Source: Eledone cirrhosa (Eukaryota). From it: 64,000 bases of DNA. Positions 13,160 through 25,760 of this stretch are shown in pieces; within the stretch, counting starts at the first letter, position 1; every line of letters starts with the position of its first letter. A model generated the notes under the pieces. It did not search any database. It was not told where the DNA came from and was given only the letters and a program-made list of their open reading frames with translations. The position numbers were made by a program, and so were the translations under genes. The stretch spans positions 34,348,001 through 34,412,000 of the forward strand of contig OZ024744.1 of assembly GCA_964016885.1 (NCBI GenBank), read 5' to 3'.

Positions 13160-13954
13160 GTACACACACACACACATTGCTAATGCGTACGCACACACAC
13201 AAACACACACGAACACACACGAACACACACCACATACAATTATACGAACACACGTTCGCACAGACATGCACACACAAGCACACACACACGCACACAAACA
13301 CACACACACAAGCATACAAACACACACAAGCTTACAAATACACGCTCACACAGACACACACACAAACATACAAACACACACAGGCACACACACACAAGCA
13401 TACAAACACACACACAAGCATACAAACACACGCTCACACAAACACACACAGAAACATACAATCACACACAGACACACACGTACATACAAGCACACAGACA
13501 CACACACATACGCTCATCATTAGAAAAGCAAAGATGAAAGAGAATGAAAAAAAAAAAAAAAAAAAAATGATTATCGGATGACTGAAAGAAAGTAAAAAAA
13601 AAAAGAAATTATATGAATGAGAGAACGGTTTTAAATTAGGGAATGAAACATGTGAGGGGAGAGAGAGAAAGAGAGAGAGGGGTGAAAAAGAGAGAGGGAG
13701 AGAGATGGTGTGAAGGAGGGAGGGAGACTGAGAGGGAGAGAGAGAGAGAGAGAGAGATAGAGAGTGAGAGAGAGGGAGAGAGAGAGGAGGTGAAAGAGAG
13801 AGAGGAGAGAGAGGGAGAGAGAGAGGAGGTGAAAGAGAGAGAGGAGAGAGAGGGGTGAAAGAGAGAGAGCGAGAGAGAGGGAGACAGAAGGGGAAAGAGA
13901 GGCTGAAAGAGCGAGAGAGAGTGAGAGAGAGAGAGAGAGAGAGCGATGATGACT

Positions 13955-13992
<38 letters not shown>

Positions 13993-14164
13993 GAGTGACT
14001 GAAAGAAAGAGAGAGAGAGGGCGACTGAGAGAAAGAGAGAGGAGGGATGAGATTAGGAGAAGAGAAGAAAAGGAGCCATATGTGTAAGAGAATGTCGGTT
14101 TGATAAAATGGCGAGTTAAACACGAGAGGAAGGGGTGTGTGTGAAAGAGGTGTGGTAGGAGATG

Positions 14165-14212
<48 letters not shown>

Positions 14213-14399
14213 AAAAGGGTAGTAGTGGGAAAAAGGGGAAAGATGTTTTGTAGTAGAAAGAAAATAGGAAATAGGAGTAGTCGAAGAGGGAGAAAGAAAG
14301 ATGGAAAAGGTGAGAAGTGAGATAGAGAGATTGACAAACAGGCAAACATATATATATATAGTAGCTACGTGATCTATAAGGTAGGTGTTATATACACAG

Positions 14400-14462
<63 letters not shown>

Positions 14463-14490
14463 TGTGTGTGTGTGTCTGTATCTATCTATC

Positions 14491-14526
<36 letters not shown>

Positions 14527-14600
14527 CATATATGTATACACTTATATGTATATATATATATGTCTGTGTGTGTGTGTCTGTATCTATCTATATATATCTA

Positions 14601-14674
<74 letters not shown>

Positions 14675-14730
14675 TGTATACACATATATGTATATATATA
14701 TATGCGTATATACATATCTATATATATGTA
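13160..14730. repeat. Compound microsatellite tract: (CA)n, (GA)n, (TA)n
   Basis: Directly visible low-complexity repeats. Confidence 0.95.
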
Positions 14731-14767
14731 TGTTGAAAATTGCAAACTTGACTGTCACCACACATTA

Positions 14768-14806
14768 TGAACCTGAAGATTGCGAAAGCATGAAAGTACT
14801 TGTTCA
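14768..14806 (+). ncRNA. Minimal type-I hammerhead ribozyme motif
   Basis: TGAAC-CTGAAGA-T-TGC(GAAA)GCA-T-GAAA-GTAC-TT-GTTCA. It has a 5-bp stem I, a GNRA-capped stem II, a palindromic stem III and a CUU site. Confidence 0.75.
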
Positions 14807-15687
14807 ATTAACACTTAGAATTTAATATTCTATCATACTATTTCATTATAATACCATTATATATATTTTAAAGGATTGTAAATAAAACGAGTAAATCAGA
14901 CAAAGTTGGAATTCCTCTTATTAATATAATCTTCTATACACAATCATACACACCCGTGTATATTTACCTATCTATCTATATATATATATATATGTATGTA
15001 TGTATATATATATGTATATATATATGTGTATGTGTGTGTGTATATACATATATATATATATGTATATATATATATAACAAAGGAATTGTGGTAAGGAACC
15101 AGATTAACCAGATGGGTACAGAAATAGCCGTCGAAACGGCTTGAGCTCCGCCGTCGGGGTCAAACTTTTTCCTATGTATATATATATATATAAATATATA
15201 TGCATATTTATATATATGTACATCACATGCGTAAGTAAATGAATATATACATTTATATACACACACACACACGCATATATATTATAATGTCTGGAATGAG
15301 AGAAGAGAAAGACAGAGAAAAAGAAGGATGATAATTGCGAAGGAAAGATGACGAAAGTGAGAAAAAAAAAGGGATAAATAAAAATAAAAAATAAAGCTAA
15401 CACACATTGTTGGTTAAAATAAACATTGGTTTTTCAGTGATAATTTGATATAGACGTGTAACAACTGGGGTGGAGGTGGGGACTGGAATAGAATGGGGGG
15501 TGGGCTGAGAGGGGGACAGAGAGAGGGGAGGAAGAGAGTGAGGGGGTAGAAGAGGAGAGAAGGAGAGGCGAGACTGAGAGGGAGAGAGGGGGACACAGAG
15601 AGACAGATAGAGGCAGAGAGAGGGGGAGAGAGAGAGAGGAGGAGAGAGAGGGGGAGAAAGAGAGAGGGGGGGAGAAAGAGAGAGATA

Positions 15688-15727
<40 letters not shown>

Positions 15728-15825
15728 AGGGGGAGGAGATAGAATGAGAGAGATGACATTTTGTGATGGGAAGAAATATTGAAGGAACCGATGAGGAAAA
15801 TGATGTTGAGGATAATAGTGGTGCT

Positions 15826-15949
15826 GATGATGATGATGTTGATGTTGATTATGGTGATGGTGATGATGGTGATGATGGTGATGGTGATGATGGTGATGGT
15901 GATGATGGTGATGATGGTAATGGTGATGATGGTGATGGTGATGATGATG

Positions 15950-16009
<60 letters not shown>

Positions 16010-16136
16010 GTGGTGATGACGATGATGATGATGGTGATGATGGTGATGGTGATTATGGTGATGGTGATGATGGTGATGATGGTGATGGTGATGGTGATGG
16101 TGATGATGGTGATGGTGATGATGATGATGGTGATGG

Positions 16137-16194
<58 letters not shown>

Positions 16195-16512
16195 GATGAT
16201 GATGATGGTGATGATGGTGATGGTGATGATGGTGATGATGATGATGGTGATGGTGATGGTGATGGTGATGATGATGATGGTGATGGTGATGATGGTGATG
16301 ATGATGATGGTGATGGTGATGATGGTGATGATGATGATGGTGATGGTGATGGTGATGGTGATGATGGTGATGGTGATGATGGTGATGGTGATGATGGTGA
16401 TGATGATGATGGTGATGGTGATGGTGATGGTGATGGTGATGATGGTGATGATGGTGATGATGGTGATGATGGTGATGGTGATGGTGATGTTGGTGATGGT
16501 GATGGTGATGAA
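15826..16512. repeat. (GAT/GGT)n trinucleotide microsatellite
   Basis: About 690 bp of interspersed GAT and GGT triplets. Confidence 0.95.
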
Positions 16513-16687
16513 GTTGGAGGAGGAGGATAGTGGTGAGGATGATGGTAGAAATAGAAATGTGTAAATGGTATTGGAAATTACCAATAATTCCTCGGTGTCC
16601 ATTTATTGATTTATTCATTCTATTCTTCCCTCTTACTCTTTTCCTCTTTCTTTCCTTTCAGTTCTCTTCTTTTTCTCTCCTTTTTTT

Positions 16688-16747
<60 letters not shown>

Positions 16748-16853
16748 ACTGTATATATATTGGTTGAATGTATGATTGTAATCACTAAAGAAAGAACCCT
16801 CAATATTTAATCATAAAGATTAATATTGTATGATATATATATATTGTATTGTA

Positions 16854-16892
<39 letters not shown>

Positions 16893-16975
16893 TGTATAGC
16901 AAAGAAAGTGTGGTAAGAAACCAGGTGAACCATAACGCAACACATTCTCGATACTTAGGGTAGTAGAGTGGGTAA

Positions 16976-17094
16976 TAGGAAGAGAGTCAGGACCCCGACG
17001 GCTGAGCTCCGGCTGTTTCGTCAGCTAGATCCGAACTGTTCGGATTTAGCTGTCGAAACAGCCGGAGCTCAGCCGTCGGGGTCCTGACTCTCTT

Positions 17095-17099
<5 letters not shown>
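16976..17099. repeat. Near-perfect ~124-bp palindrome containing hammerhead 3' halves
   Basis: taggaagagagtcaggaccccgacggc...gaac|t|gttc...gccgtcggggtcctgactctcttccta. A related single copy lies at 15081-15173. Confidence 0.85.
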
Positions 17100-17173
<74 letters not shown>

Positions 17174-17529
17174 TTTAGTACAGCATTGACGAAGCTTTAG
17201 TATACGGCCAAGCTAGCGTATATGCATAATCGGTCTGTAGCTTTAGCACTCAGATGAGGTAAGACCCCAGAGTAATAACATTACGTTCAGACAGCTTAGC
17301 AAATCAGATATAGCAGTCTGCAGTCCGACTGCATTACCAGAGCAACGAAAATACAGGACCCAGGAAAAGATTTTATACTGACCCGGACATATATATATAT
17401 ATATATATTATAAAGAATTAATATCTAGTAACATATATATACATACAGATGCATATCAATGCTAGCAAATATATAGGTTTTGTCTTAGTAACTTTGTGGT
17501 TCAATGCATGGGGTTGTCGAACAATAATA

Positions 17530-17969
17530 TGAGAGACGTAAAATAAGAAAATTATAAAATTAACTTACTAAAATATCACTTCCAACTAAATTAGTTTCTG
17601 GAATGGAGTAAATATATTTTCCGAAGAAGACATTGAGAAACATTCCGTCGTCAGGGAAGACTATTCTCATCTAAGTATCCAGGCAAAGCGTGGACTCTGG
17701 AAACTTATTAAAAAATAATTCAGTGGATAGGAAATAGCAAAGCGTGGACTGAATTCCTAGCCATTGAGAAAATCACTGCCTCTGCGTCGGTGGCAAATTC
17801 AAAAAGAATCAATCACGTGACATCGAGGTCAATCAGTGGAAAGTGGTTTGACGACGGAATGTTTCTCTATGTCTTCTTCGGAAAATATATTTACTCCATT
17901 CCAGAAACTAATTTAGTTGGAAGTGATATTTTAGTAAGTAAGTTAATTTTATAATTTTCTTATTTTACG

Positions 17970-17977
<8 letters not shown>
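17530..17977. repeat. Inverted repeat with ~125-bp arms (17530-17653 and 17849-17977), PLE-type terminus
   Basis: The arms are reverse complements, carry an HHR and end in a TA repeat. Confidence 0.85.
17579..17659 (-). ncRNA. Type-I hammerhead ribozyme motif
   Basis: Minus strand: CTTCC-CTGACGA-C-GGAATG...CATTCC-A-GAAA-CTAATTTAG-TT-GGAAG. All three stems pair and the site is GUU. Confidence 0.75.
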
Positions 17978-18015
<38 letters not shown>

Positions 18016-18072
18016 CATTATAAAGAAAGAAGAAACATTAGATATAAATAAAAAGATATAATATACCTAAAT

Positions 18073-18164
18073 TCCTCGACTACGTAGTTTCGTGGCTATT
18101 ATGCAAAAACATTACATCATAGAGATGCAGTATTTTTGTGAGGTTTGCCGACTTATCAAGAGGA
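18073..18164 (-). ncRNA. Hammerhead motif, U3-A8 core variant
   Basis: Minus strand: TCCTC-TTGATAA-GTCGGC...GCCAC-GAAA-CTACGTAG-TC-GAGGA. Stem III is palindromic and the site is GUC. Confidence 0.7.
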
Positions 18165-18289
18165 TACCTCATTTAGAGTTTCAAAACACGTCCGTAGAAC
18201 ACGAGATAGAATCCCGAAAGGCGGAGGGGGAACTTATATATATAACCAGCAATTTCTCTGTCTGTCTGTCCGACAGTGGAAACACGTGC

Positions 18290-18748
18290 GTAGAGAGAGA
18301 GTGAGAGTGAAAGAAAGAGACAGAGTACGAGAGGGGGATAGCGGGATGGAGAGAGGGAGAGAGAGATAGTGAATAGACGCTAAAACACATGCTACAGAAA
18401 AATTACCTTCCCCTCTCCACTGACTTTGGTCACTGAGGCCGAGGGAATCGCGCTGAGCGCGTCATAATGACGTAATGCAGACAGTCAGACATACAGACAG
18501 ATATTATAAGGGCGCAACGTTATATCTATGTATCTATCTAAAAAGAAAGACTAAGAATTATATAGAGAGAACGCTAAATCGCCTAATGCGGTCCCTAGGG
18601 CATTGATAATTTGAAATAATTTTTGCTCAAAACACTCACAGGACCATAAGTATTACATGTCTAAAGTTTGAAAACAATCGGTTGGATGGTTCTCAAGTTT
18701 TAGTGAGGTGACAGACAGACAGACATTCTCTGTTTTAGATATATAGAC
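18290..18748 (-). mobile_element. Non-autonomous Helitron 5' portion
   Basis: Minus strand begins TCTATATATCTAAAACAGAG..tgtctgtctgtc. It is homologous to 18783+ and 20577-20820. Confidence 0.7.
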
Positions 18749-18782
18749 TAGCAGAAAACCGCCCCGGGTGGTTTTCTGCTAG

Positions 18783-20577
18783 TCTATATATATATAAAAC
18801 AGAGGTTGTCTGTCTGTGTGTCTGTTTCCCTAAAACTCGAGAAGTACCCAGCCGTTTTTTTTTCAAACTTTACACATGTAACCCCTATGGCCCCGTAAGT
18901 GTTTTGAGCAAAAAAACATTTCAAATTATTCTGACCTAGGGATCGAATTAGTGAAGTGGCCAATGTCTGTACATAATGAGGGAGTGAGAGGGGAGAGAAA
19001 GAAACGGAGAGGCGAAGTGAAGAAGTGGCTCTCTACTCCTCCTCCTCCTTCTCCCCATTCGTCACAGCGTTTTTCGATAGAGGGGAGAAATGTGAACGAG
19101 TTACAGAGAGAAAGAGTGAGAGTGAAAGAAACAGACAGACTAAAAGAAGGGGATAGCGGGAGAGAGAGGGAGAGTGACAGACGCCGTCTTTTGAACTTGT
19201 ATGCATCAAAGATACATGACAGTGGAATAACTATTGCGTGTGTGTGTACGTGCGCGCGTCTGTGTGTGAGTTTGTGTGCGTTTGCATGCGTGAGTGTGTA
19301 TGTGTGCGTGAGTGATTATAAACTCTCTCTCATGGTCTGATGGAATTAACCCTTTAGCATTTACATTACTCTATATGTACTACATTATTTTCATGGTAAA
19401 GGCTTTATCTCACATAATATAAAAATCTCATAGATTTAATATTATTTATTTTGAGAACAATACCTTAACCCTTTAGTATTAATGTGAGTGAGTTATAAAG
19501 AGAAAGATTGAGAGTGAAAGAAACAGACATACTAAAAGAGGGGGATAGCGGGAGAGAGAGAGAGACGCTGGAAGAGGGGAAGGAAAGCTATAAGTAATTA
19601 ACACGTGTGCGTGTGTGTGTACGTGCGCGCTCGCGTGTGTGCGCGCGCGCGCGTGCGTGTGCGTGTGCGTGTGTGTGTTCACGCAGGGTTCCATTATGAG
19701 TTAAATCTATTAACATGTGTGTGAGTTTGCGTGCGTTTCTGCGTTTGCGTGCTTCAGTGTGTGTGTGTACTTGCGTGTGGCGTTTCATTTACGCCATTTT
19801 TGTCACTGACAACATTTTCACTAACTTACACTCATTCCAACCGCTGCTCTTACTGTTACCCCTCTCCCTATCCATACCCCGTTCGGAAATCACATGCATC
19901 GGTTTTTAATTCACTGACGAGTTTACTCCTTACTCTACCAGTGAGTTTCAGTGTACTTCGTACTTCTTTTAGGTTATGCCTCGAAGGAAGAGATACTCCA
20001 TTGGCCGAAAAACTACGAAAGCAGCAACAACACGAACAGGGCGGGCAAACGAATCATCAGTGGAATCTGCTATTTGACGGTCACAAGATGCTAAACGTGC
20101 TGCCACCAGAAGAGCACTTGAAACAGACAATCAACGAACCATTCGCCGAACCGCTAATGCCGCATCAACTTCTGTTGCACGAGCAGCCGAGACGGACGAC
20201 CAGCGTAAAAGACATCGGAGTACGGATGCTGCGAATACTGCTGCTGCGCGAGCTGCCTAGACGTACGACCAGCGTAAAAGACGTCGGAGTACGGATTTTG
20301 CGAATACTGCTGCTGTATTACACAGACCTCGCAAGAATACTGCTGCTGAGCTACACAGACCTCGCAAGAACGAGACATTCGACTACAATGTAAAGCTCAA
20401 GGCCGTGTAGCTCACGATGTATTTCAAGGCCGTGTAGCTCACGATGGTCCTTGAAAGCATTCGAGTACAACCCTGACTTTGATTACAGTGGCCATCCAGA
20501 CATGCGAATTGGGAGTATGTCAAAGACATGCTCTTTCTGCAATGCAAAAAAGTGGCCCGGAGAAACACCTGGTTTGT
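18783..20577 (+). mobile_element. Helitron 5' portion including a pseudogenised RepHel N-terminus
   Basis: The 5' end is TCTATATATATATAAAACAGAG followed by (TGTC)n. The coding remnant is listed separately. Confidence 0.75.
19976..20577 (+). pseudogene. Helitron Rep/helicase N-terminal fragment
   Basis: MPRRKRYSIGRK...RAAETDDQRKRHRSTDAANTAAARAA repeats with in-frame stops, then the Zn-finger-like HPDMRIGSMSKTCSFCNAKKWPGETPGLC typical of RepHel. Confidence 0.8.
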
Positions 20578-20820
20578 ATATATATAAAACAGAAAAAGTC
20601 TGTCTGTCTGTCTGACTCTCTAAAACTCGAGAACCATCCAACCGATTGTTTTCAAACTTTACACATGTAATACTTATGCCCTAGGGACCGCATTAGGCAA
20701 TTTAGCGATCTCCCTCTATAATTCTTAGTCTTTCTTTTTAGTAAGATACATAGATATAACGTTGCGCCCTTATAATATCTGTCTGTATGTCTGGCTGTCT
20801 GCATTACGACATTATGACGT
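20577..20820 (+). mobile_element. Second Helitron 5' fragment
   Basis: tatatataaaacagaaaaagtctgtctgtctg..., an inverted homologue of 18460-18748. Confidence 0.7.
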
Positions 20821-20925
20821 GTGTATGTGTACATATGTATATATAGTGTGTGTGTATATATATATATATATATAGTGTGTACCGTTTTTCGAAATATTTA
20901 CTTCTGCGTTCACAGATTGATTTTA

Positions 20926-20974
20926 GTTTCAGAAGATCCCGTTAAGGGTGAAAGCATAGATTCTTTGCTTAAAC
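20926..20974 (+). ncRNA. Hammerhead-like motif with A4 core (CAGAAGA)
   Basis: GTTT-CAGAAGA-T-CCC(gttaa)GGG-T-GAAA-GCATAGA(tt)CTTTGC-TT-AAAC. The same motif occurs at 43793-43841 on the minus strand. Confidence 0.6.
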
Positions 20975-20989
20975 GTTAATCTATTATTT

Positions 20990-21037
<48 letters not shown>

Positions 21038-21044
21038 GGGGGGG

Positions 21045-21128
<84 letters not shown>

Positions 21129-21210
21129 GAGAGAGAGTGATAACATTTATATATATATATATTTATATATATATATATAGAGTGATAAAATTTGCTCCGG
21201 ACATAACAGA

Positions 21211-21301
21211 CGTGTCTGAAAGAACCCGCAGAAGTAGAATCAGCCAGATCCATACAAGGACCATGACTCGAGCTACATGCCGGCGAAACATTTGTAACAC
21301 G
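21211..21301 (+). ncRNA. Degenerate hammerhead motif
   Basis: CGTGT-CTGAAAGA-...-GAAA-CATTTG-TA-ACACG. Stem I is perfect, the core has one extra nt and stem II is weak. Confidence 0.5.
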
Positions 21302-21499
21302 AAATAAACTAAGTCCAGATGCATCACTGATTTTTCGTTTTCTTGATAATATCTACACTCTACTCTGATGAATATCGAGTGCTAATTTTGGAATACCGCC
21401 TACGGAAGCACCATAGCTACCACTATACACAAATATATATATATATATATTCGTGTACAGATATTTTTGCATACACAATAACAAAATATAAACAAATGT

Positions 21500-21592
21500 A
21501 TTTATTTCACGAGGCTCAATAAGGAGAAATATATATCAAATATGTAAGAACCATAGAGCAAATCCCGAGCAACACCGGGCCATTCTGCTAGT
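21500..21592 (+). mobile_element. Helitron 3' terminus
   Basis: Hairpin cccg(agcaacac)cggg followed by CTAG|T. The upstream sequence recurs at 26880-26930. Confidence 0.7.
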
Positions 21593-21960
21593 ACATTATA
21601 AAGAAAGAAGAAACATCAGATATAAATAAAAAGATAAATTATACCTACATTCCTTCATTATCCTCGACTACGTAGTTTCGTGGCTATTATGCAAAAATAT
21701 TACATCATAGAGATGCAGTATTTTTGTGAGGTTTGCCGACTTATCAAGAGGATACCTCATTTAGAGTTTCAAAACACGTCCGTAGAACGCGAGATAGAAT
21801 CCCGAAAGGCGGAGGGGGAACTTATCACGTGATACAACAGTCAAGAAACAGAGCTAAGCCTCTTACAACCAAGAGAAAAATACCACAAAAGGCGGAGGGG
21901 GTATTTATGTATTATATCTTTTTATTTATATCTAATGTTTCTTCTTTCTTTATAATGTAT
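21593..21960. mobile_element. HHR-bearing short element with an inverted terminal duplication (other copy at 18013-18235)
   Basis: 21593-21825 is nearly identical to 18013-18235. 21915-21960 is the reverse complement of its first ~45 bp. Confidence 0.7.
21659..21754 (-). ncRNA. Hammerhead motif, U3-A8 core variant (copy 2)
   Basis: Minus strand: TATCCTC-TTGATAA-GTCGGC...GCCAC-GAAA-CTACGTAG-TC-GAGGATA, with a 7-bp stem I. Confidence 0.72.
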
Positions 21961-22145
21961 TATATAGCTCTGATATTGAATCAATCTAATTCATTCAGAT
22001 TATTTTGTCCCTATTATTCATAGAGCAACAACGGTTAAGGTTGGCACCACACAAATTCAGGGATATATGTGGGTATATGCATATATGTGGGTATATGCAT
22101 GTATATGTATGTATTCGCATCTGTCTGTGTATTTCTTTGTATTGT

Positions 22146-22180
<35 letters not shown>

Positions 22181-22269
22181 CAAAATATTAATAAATGGAT
22201 ACATTCACATAATCAAAATATATGTTTTATTATATATATTTCGGAGGTACTGTGCTGTTTTTTCAGTAC

Positions 22270-25200
22270 TTCCTCGTCAGATAAAATACATGAATTGATG
22301 TATGACATACCTCATCAGTTGAGGTATGTCAAGGCGGCGACAGCAAGCGGTGTGGAGCGCTAGGGCACGGCAAGGCACTACAGACGTCGTGGCCATCCAC
22401 TGCAGCCAAGGAAGTCCCTGGCCGTGACGGTCCTCCGTACCACCGGATTCTGGCTTCTGCGGCCAAGTGAGTGGGACCATCACTGTACACTGGCCCTCCC
22501 ACTATAAATACTTTCCCGCACAGGTTTCTTCTTTAGCGTGCACTCCCAAGGCCCTGCGGCGATGGGCGAGAGGCGGAGGTAACAGGTGGAGGTAACCTCT
22601 GGGAGTTGCCAGTCTCAAACCCACACGTGGGCGGCTTGGATACCCAAGTCGTTCTCCTCCTGACCCTGGCATGACAGAGGAGATCAGGCATTCCACCGGG
22701 CGACTGAACAGCTCTTTTCAGGGGAGCACTGCTCAGCCTCGCACGAGGGGAGTGACGATAAAAGGAGCCCTAACCAAATGTTTGTCCCACACAAAGCCGG
22801 CCAGTCTACCGCGGCTGGTGGTTTTACCCTTCCAAGCGGTCGAAACCAACATAATAGAAAAAACTTGATTCTTGGCGCATGGAATGTGTGCACCCTCATG
22901 GATAGGGAAACCTCCTTGAGGCCAGAGAGAAGAACTGCCCTCATAGAGAGGGAATTAGCTCGCTATCGGATTGACATAGCCGCTCTCAGCGAGACCAGAC
23001 TCGCCGAAGAAGGATCAGTAGCAGAACCGAAAGGACGCTACACCTTCTTCTGGAAGGGCAATGCAAAGGACGAGGACAGAATCCAGAGGGTAGGCCTGAA
23101 CATCAGGACTTCGCTCTGCAAGCAGCTACCAGACCTCCCAACACCTGTGAGTGAGCGGCTAATGAAGCTCCGCTTCCCCCTCGACCCATCTCGGCATGTC
23201 ACAGTCATCAGCGCGTACCATCACTCTCAGCAGCAGCGATGAAGCAAAGGACGCTTTCTACGGGGAACTCAACGCACTCGTGAAGCGATAAACTCATCCT
23301 ACTGAGGGACTTCAACGCAACAGTCGGGTCTGACAGCAGCAACTGGAGAGGCGTACTGGGACCTCACGGCACAGTGAAGCTGAACTCTAACGGCCTCATA
23401 CTGTTGAGTTCCTGCACCGAGAACGACTTCACCATCATCAGCACACTGTTCCGCCAGGCAGACAAGTTCAAGACGTCATGGATGCACCCCAGATCCAAAC
23501 AGTGGCATCTGATTGACTTTTCCATATGCCGCAGGAGGGACATCCGTGACGTCAGAATCACCAGGGCCATGCGTGGTGCAGAGTGTTGGACCGACTATCG
23601 CCTTGTCAGGATCATCCTGTCACTGCACATGACCCCGACGTATCGCAAAACTCCGAAAGTCTGTAGGCCAGCTCTCGACGCCGCACAACTCAAGCAGCCA
23701 GAGCATCTTGATGCGTTCGCGGAAGACCTGGACGGCCGGCTGACTGCCCATGGACCACTGACCGGACCCCAACTCAACAGTGGGACTAGTTCAGGTCACT
23801 GGTGACAGAGTCAGCCAAGGCAACCATCGGGCCGAGGAAGAGAGTCCACCAGGACTGGTTTGATGAAAACGATGAGCGCATCAGACAACTCCTGGACGAG
23901 AAGAGGAGGGCTTTCATTGAGTGGCAGAATGACAGCTCCTCCACCTCGAAACGCGACCGCTTCAAGCACCTCCATAGGCAGACCCAAGAAGCGCTACGCA
24001 GAATGCAGGAAAAGTGGTGGGAAAAGAAGGCCGAAGAAGTCGAGAGATACGCTGACACAAAGAACTACAAGATGATCTTCAGCACCATCGGGGACATCTA
24101 CGACCCCCCCCCCCAAGCATATCACCACACCGATCCTGTCTGCTGACGGCTCGACCCTGCTGAAGGAGAAGAGCAGCATCAACCCGACCAAGTTCGTGAA
24201 CCTGATACGGCAATTCCATGATGACATGACCGGGCAGGTGCGCTCGGGTGGAGAGGCATCGGAGAAGTTCGGAATCACCAACAGCGTCAAGCAAGGATGC
24301 GTGCTGGCTCCCGTCCTCTTCAACCTGTTCTTCACCTGCGTGCTCAATGATCCCGTCGGGGACCTTGAGCACGGAGTGTATCTGCGATACAGACTGGGCG
24401 GCTCCCTGTTTGACCTGCGGCGCCTGACGGCCAAGACAATGACCGTGCAGAAGACCGTCCTGGAGGCATTTTTTGCTGACGACTGTGCCCTCATGGCCCA
24501 CAGAGAGTCTGACCTTCAAGTCCAAGTCATCGTCAACAAGTTCGCGGAGGCCTCCTGCCCCTTCGGTCTCACAATTAGCCTTGGCAAGACTGAGGTCCTG
24601 TTCCAGCCTGCACCTGCCTCCGTCGCCCACCCTCCTTCCATCTCCATCGGAGGCACCCAGCTAAAGACGGTGAATGACTTCAAGTATCTCGGTAGTGTCA
24701 TCAGCAGCGATGGGAGCCTCGACAAGAAGATAAACGCCAGGATCTGCAAGGCCAGCCAAGCCCTTGGCCGCCTGAGGACAGTCATTCTGAACCAGCACAA
24801 CATCAAGCAGTCCACCAAGCTCAAGGTGTACAGGGCCGGTGTTCTCACCAGTCTCCTCTACGGATGTGACTCTATACAGAAGGCACCTGAAGCAGCTGGA
24901 ACGGTTCCACATGCGCAGCCTGCGGTCAATCATGAACATCAAATGGCAGGACAAGGTCTCCAACATCGAAGTTCTTGACATGGTTGAGACAACCAGTGTC
25001 GAAGCTATGATACTGAAGAGCCGACTTCGATGGGTGGGACATGTCATCCGGATGGACGATCACAGGCTTCCGAAGCAACTGATGTATGGGGAACTCTGTT
25101 CGGGGAAACGAAAGCAGGGCAAGCCTCTCAAGAGGTTCAAAGACTGCGTGAAGTCTAACATCAACAACACTGGAATCACCCCAAAACAACTCGAGTCCCA

Positions 25201-25470
25201 TGCTCAGGATAGGACTGAGTGGCGAGCCCTTTACTAGACGCGCCAAAGACTATTTTGAAGAGAATAGACGGGCAGAGGTCACTGAGGCCCGTGAAAGGAG
25301 GAGAAAGGCATCAGCAGCTGCCCCAAGCGACTCCGGTCTCTTCCCCTGCCCCACTGTCCCCGGACCTGCAAGTCAAGGATCGGCCTCCACAGCCACCTTC
25401 GCGCCCACGGCAGACGGGAACTAAAATAAAGAAGATGTCATCATCGTTTACGATGGATAACCAAGAATGT
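22270..25470 (+). mobile_element. Degenerate RTE-clade LINE (5' UTR, APE, RT; internal deletion near 24185)
   Basis: LILGAWNVCTL..IAALSETR, WMHPRSKQWHLID, VKQGCVLAPVLF, FADD, FKYLGS and RLRWVGHV motifs. The 3' end has an RTE-like hairpin (catcgtttacgatg). Frameshifts are present. Confidence 0.92.
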
Positions 25471-25530
25471 TGTTGCAGCATAAAACTAGGGGAGTTATGA
25501 ATCTGACTGATAAAATGATAAGTCAGTCAA

Positions 25531-25760
25531 TCATATCGGTGGCCTCCCCACAGTCCTGGCGAACAGAATAGAGAAGGCGTTTCCCCGGAGGACGGCAAGG
25601 GAGACGAGCTGAAAAAGCCATTCCAACTCGCGGGGCTCACACCTGCGGCTGGCCAGCTCAGCGCCTATGGTGGTGAGTAGGGAGGTAGAGCTAGGGCCGA
25701 GCACACCAGAAATCTCCACTGCTAAGGGTACAACCGCAAACCTGTCGGAGAGCGACTATG
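25531..25760 (-). mobile_element. CRE-clade RLE 3' fragment
   Basis: VEISGVLGPSS..WLFQLVSLAVLRGNAFSI. Confidence 0.75.

Noticed and set aside
15397-16618. Poly-His, poly-Asp/Gly and poly-Met ORFs
   Set aside because: These are translations of a (GAT/GGT)n microsatellite, open in most frames, with no gene structure.
19731-20393. 220-aa ORF in the ORF track
   Set aside because: It is the wrong frame. The meaningful frame is the stop-interrupted Helitron RepHel starting at 19976.
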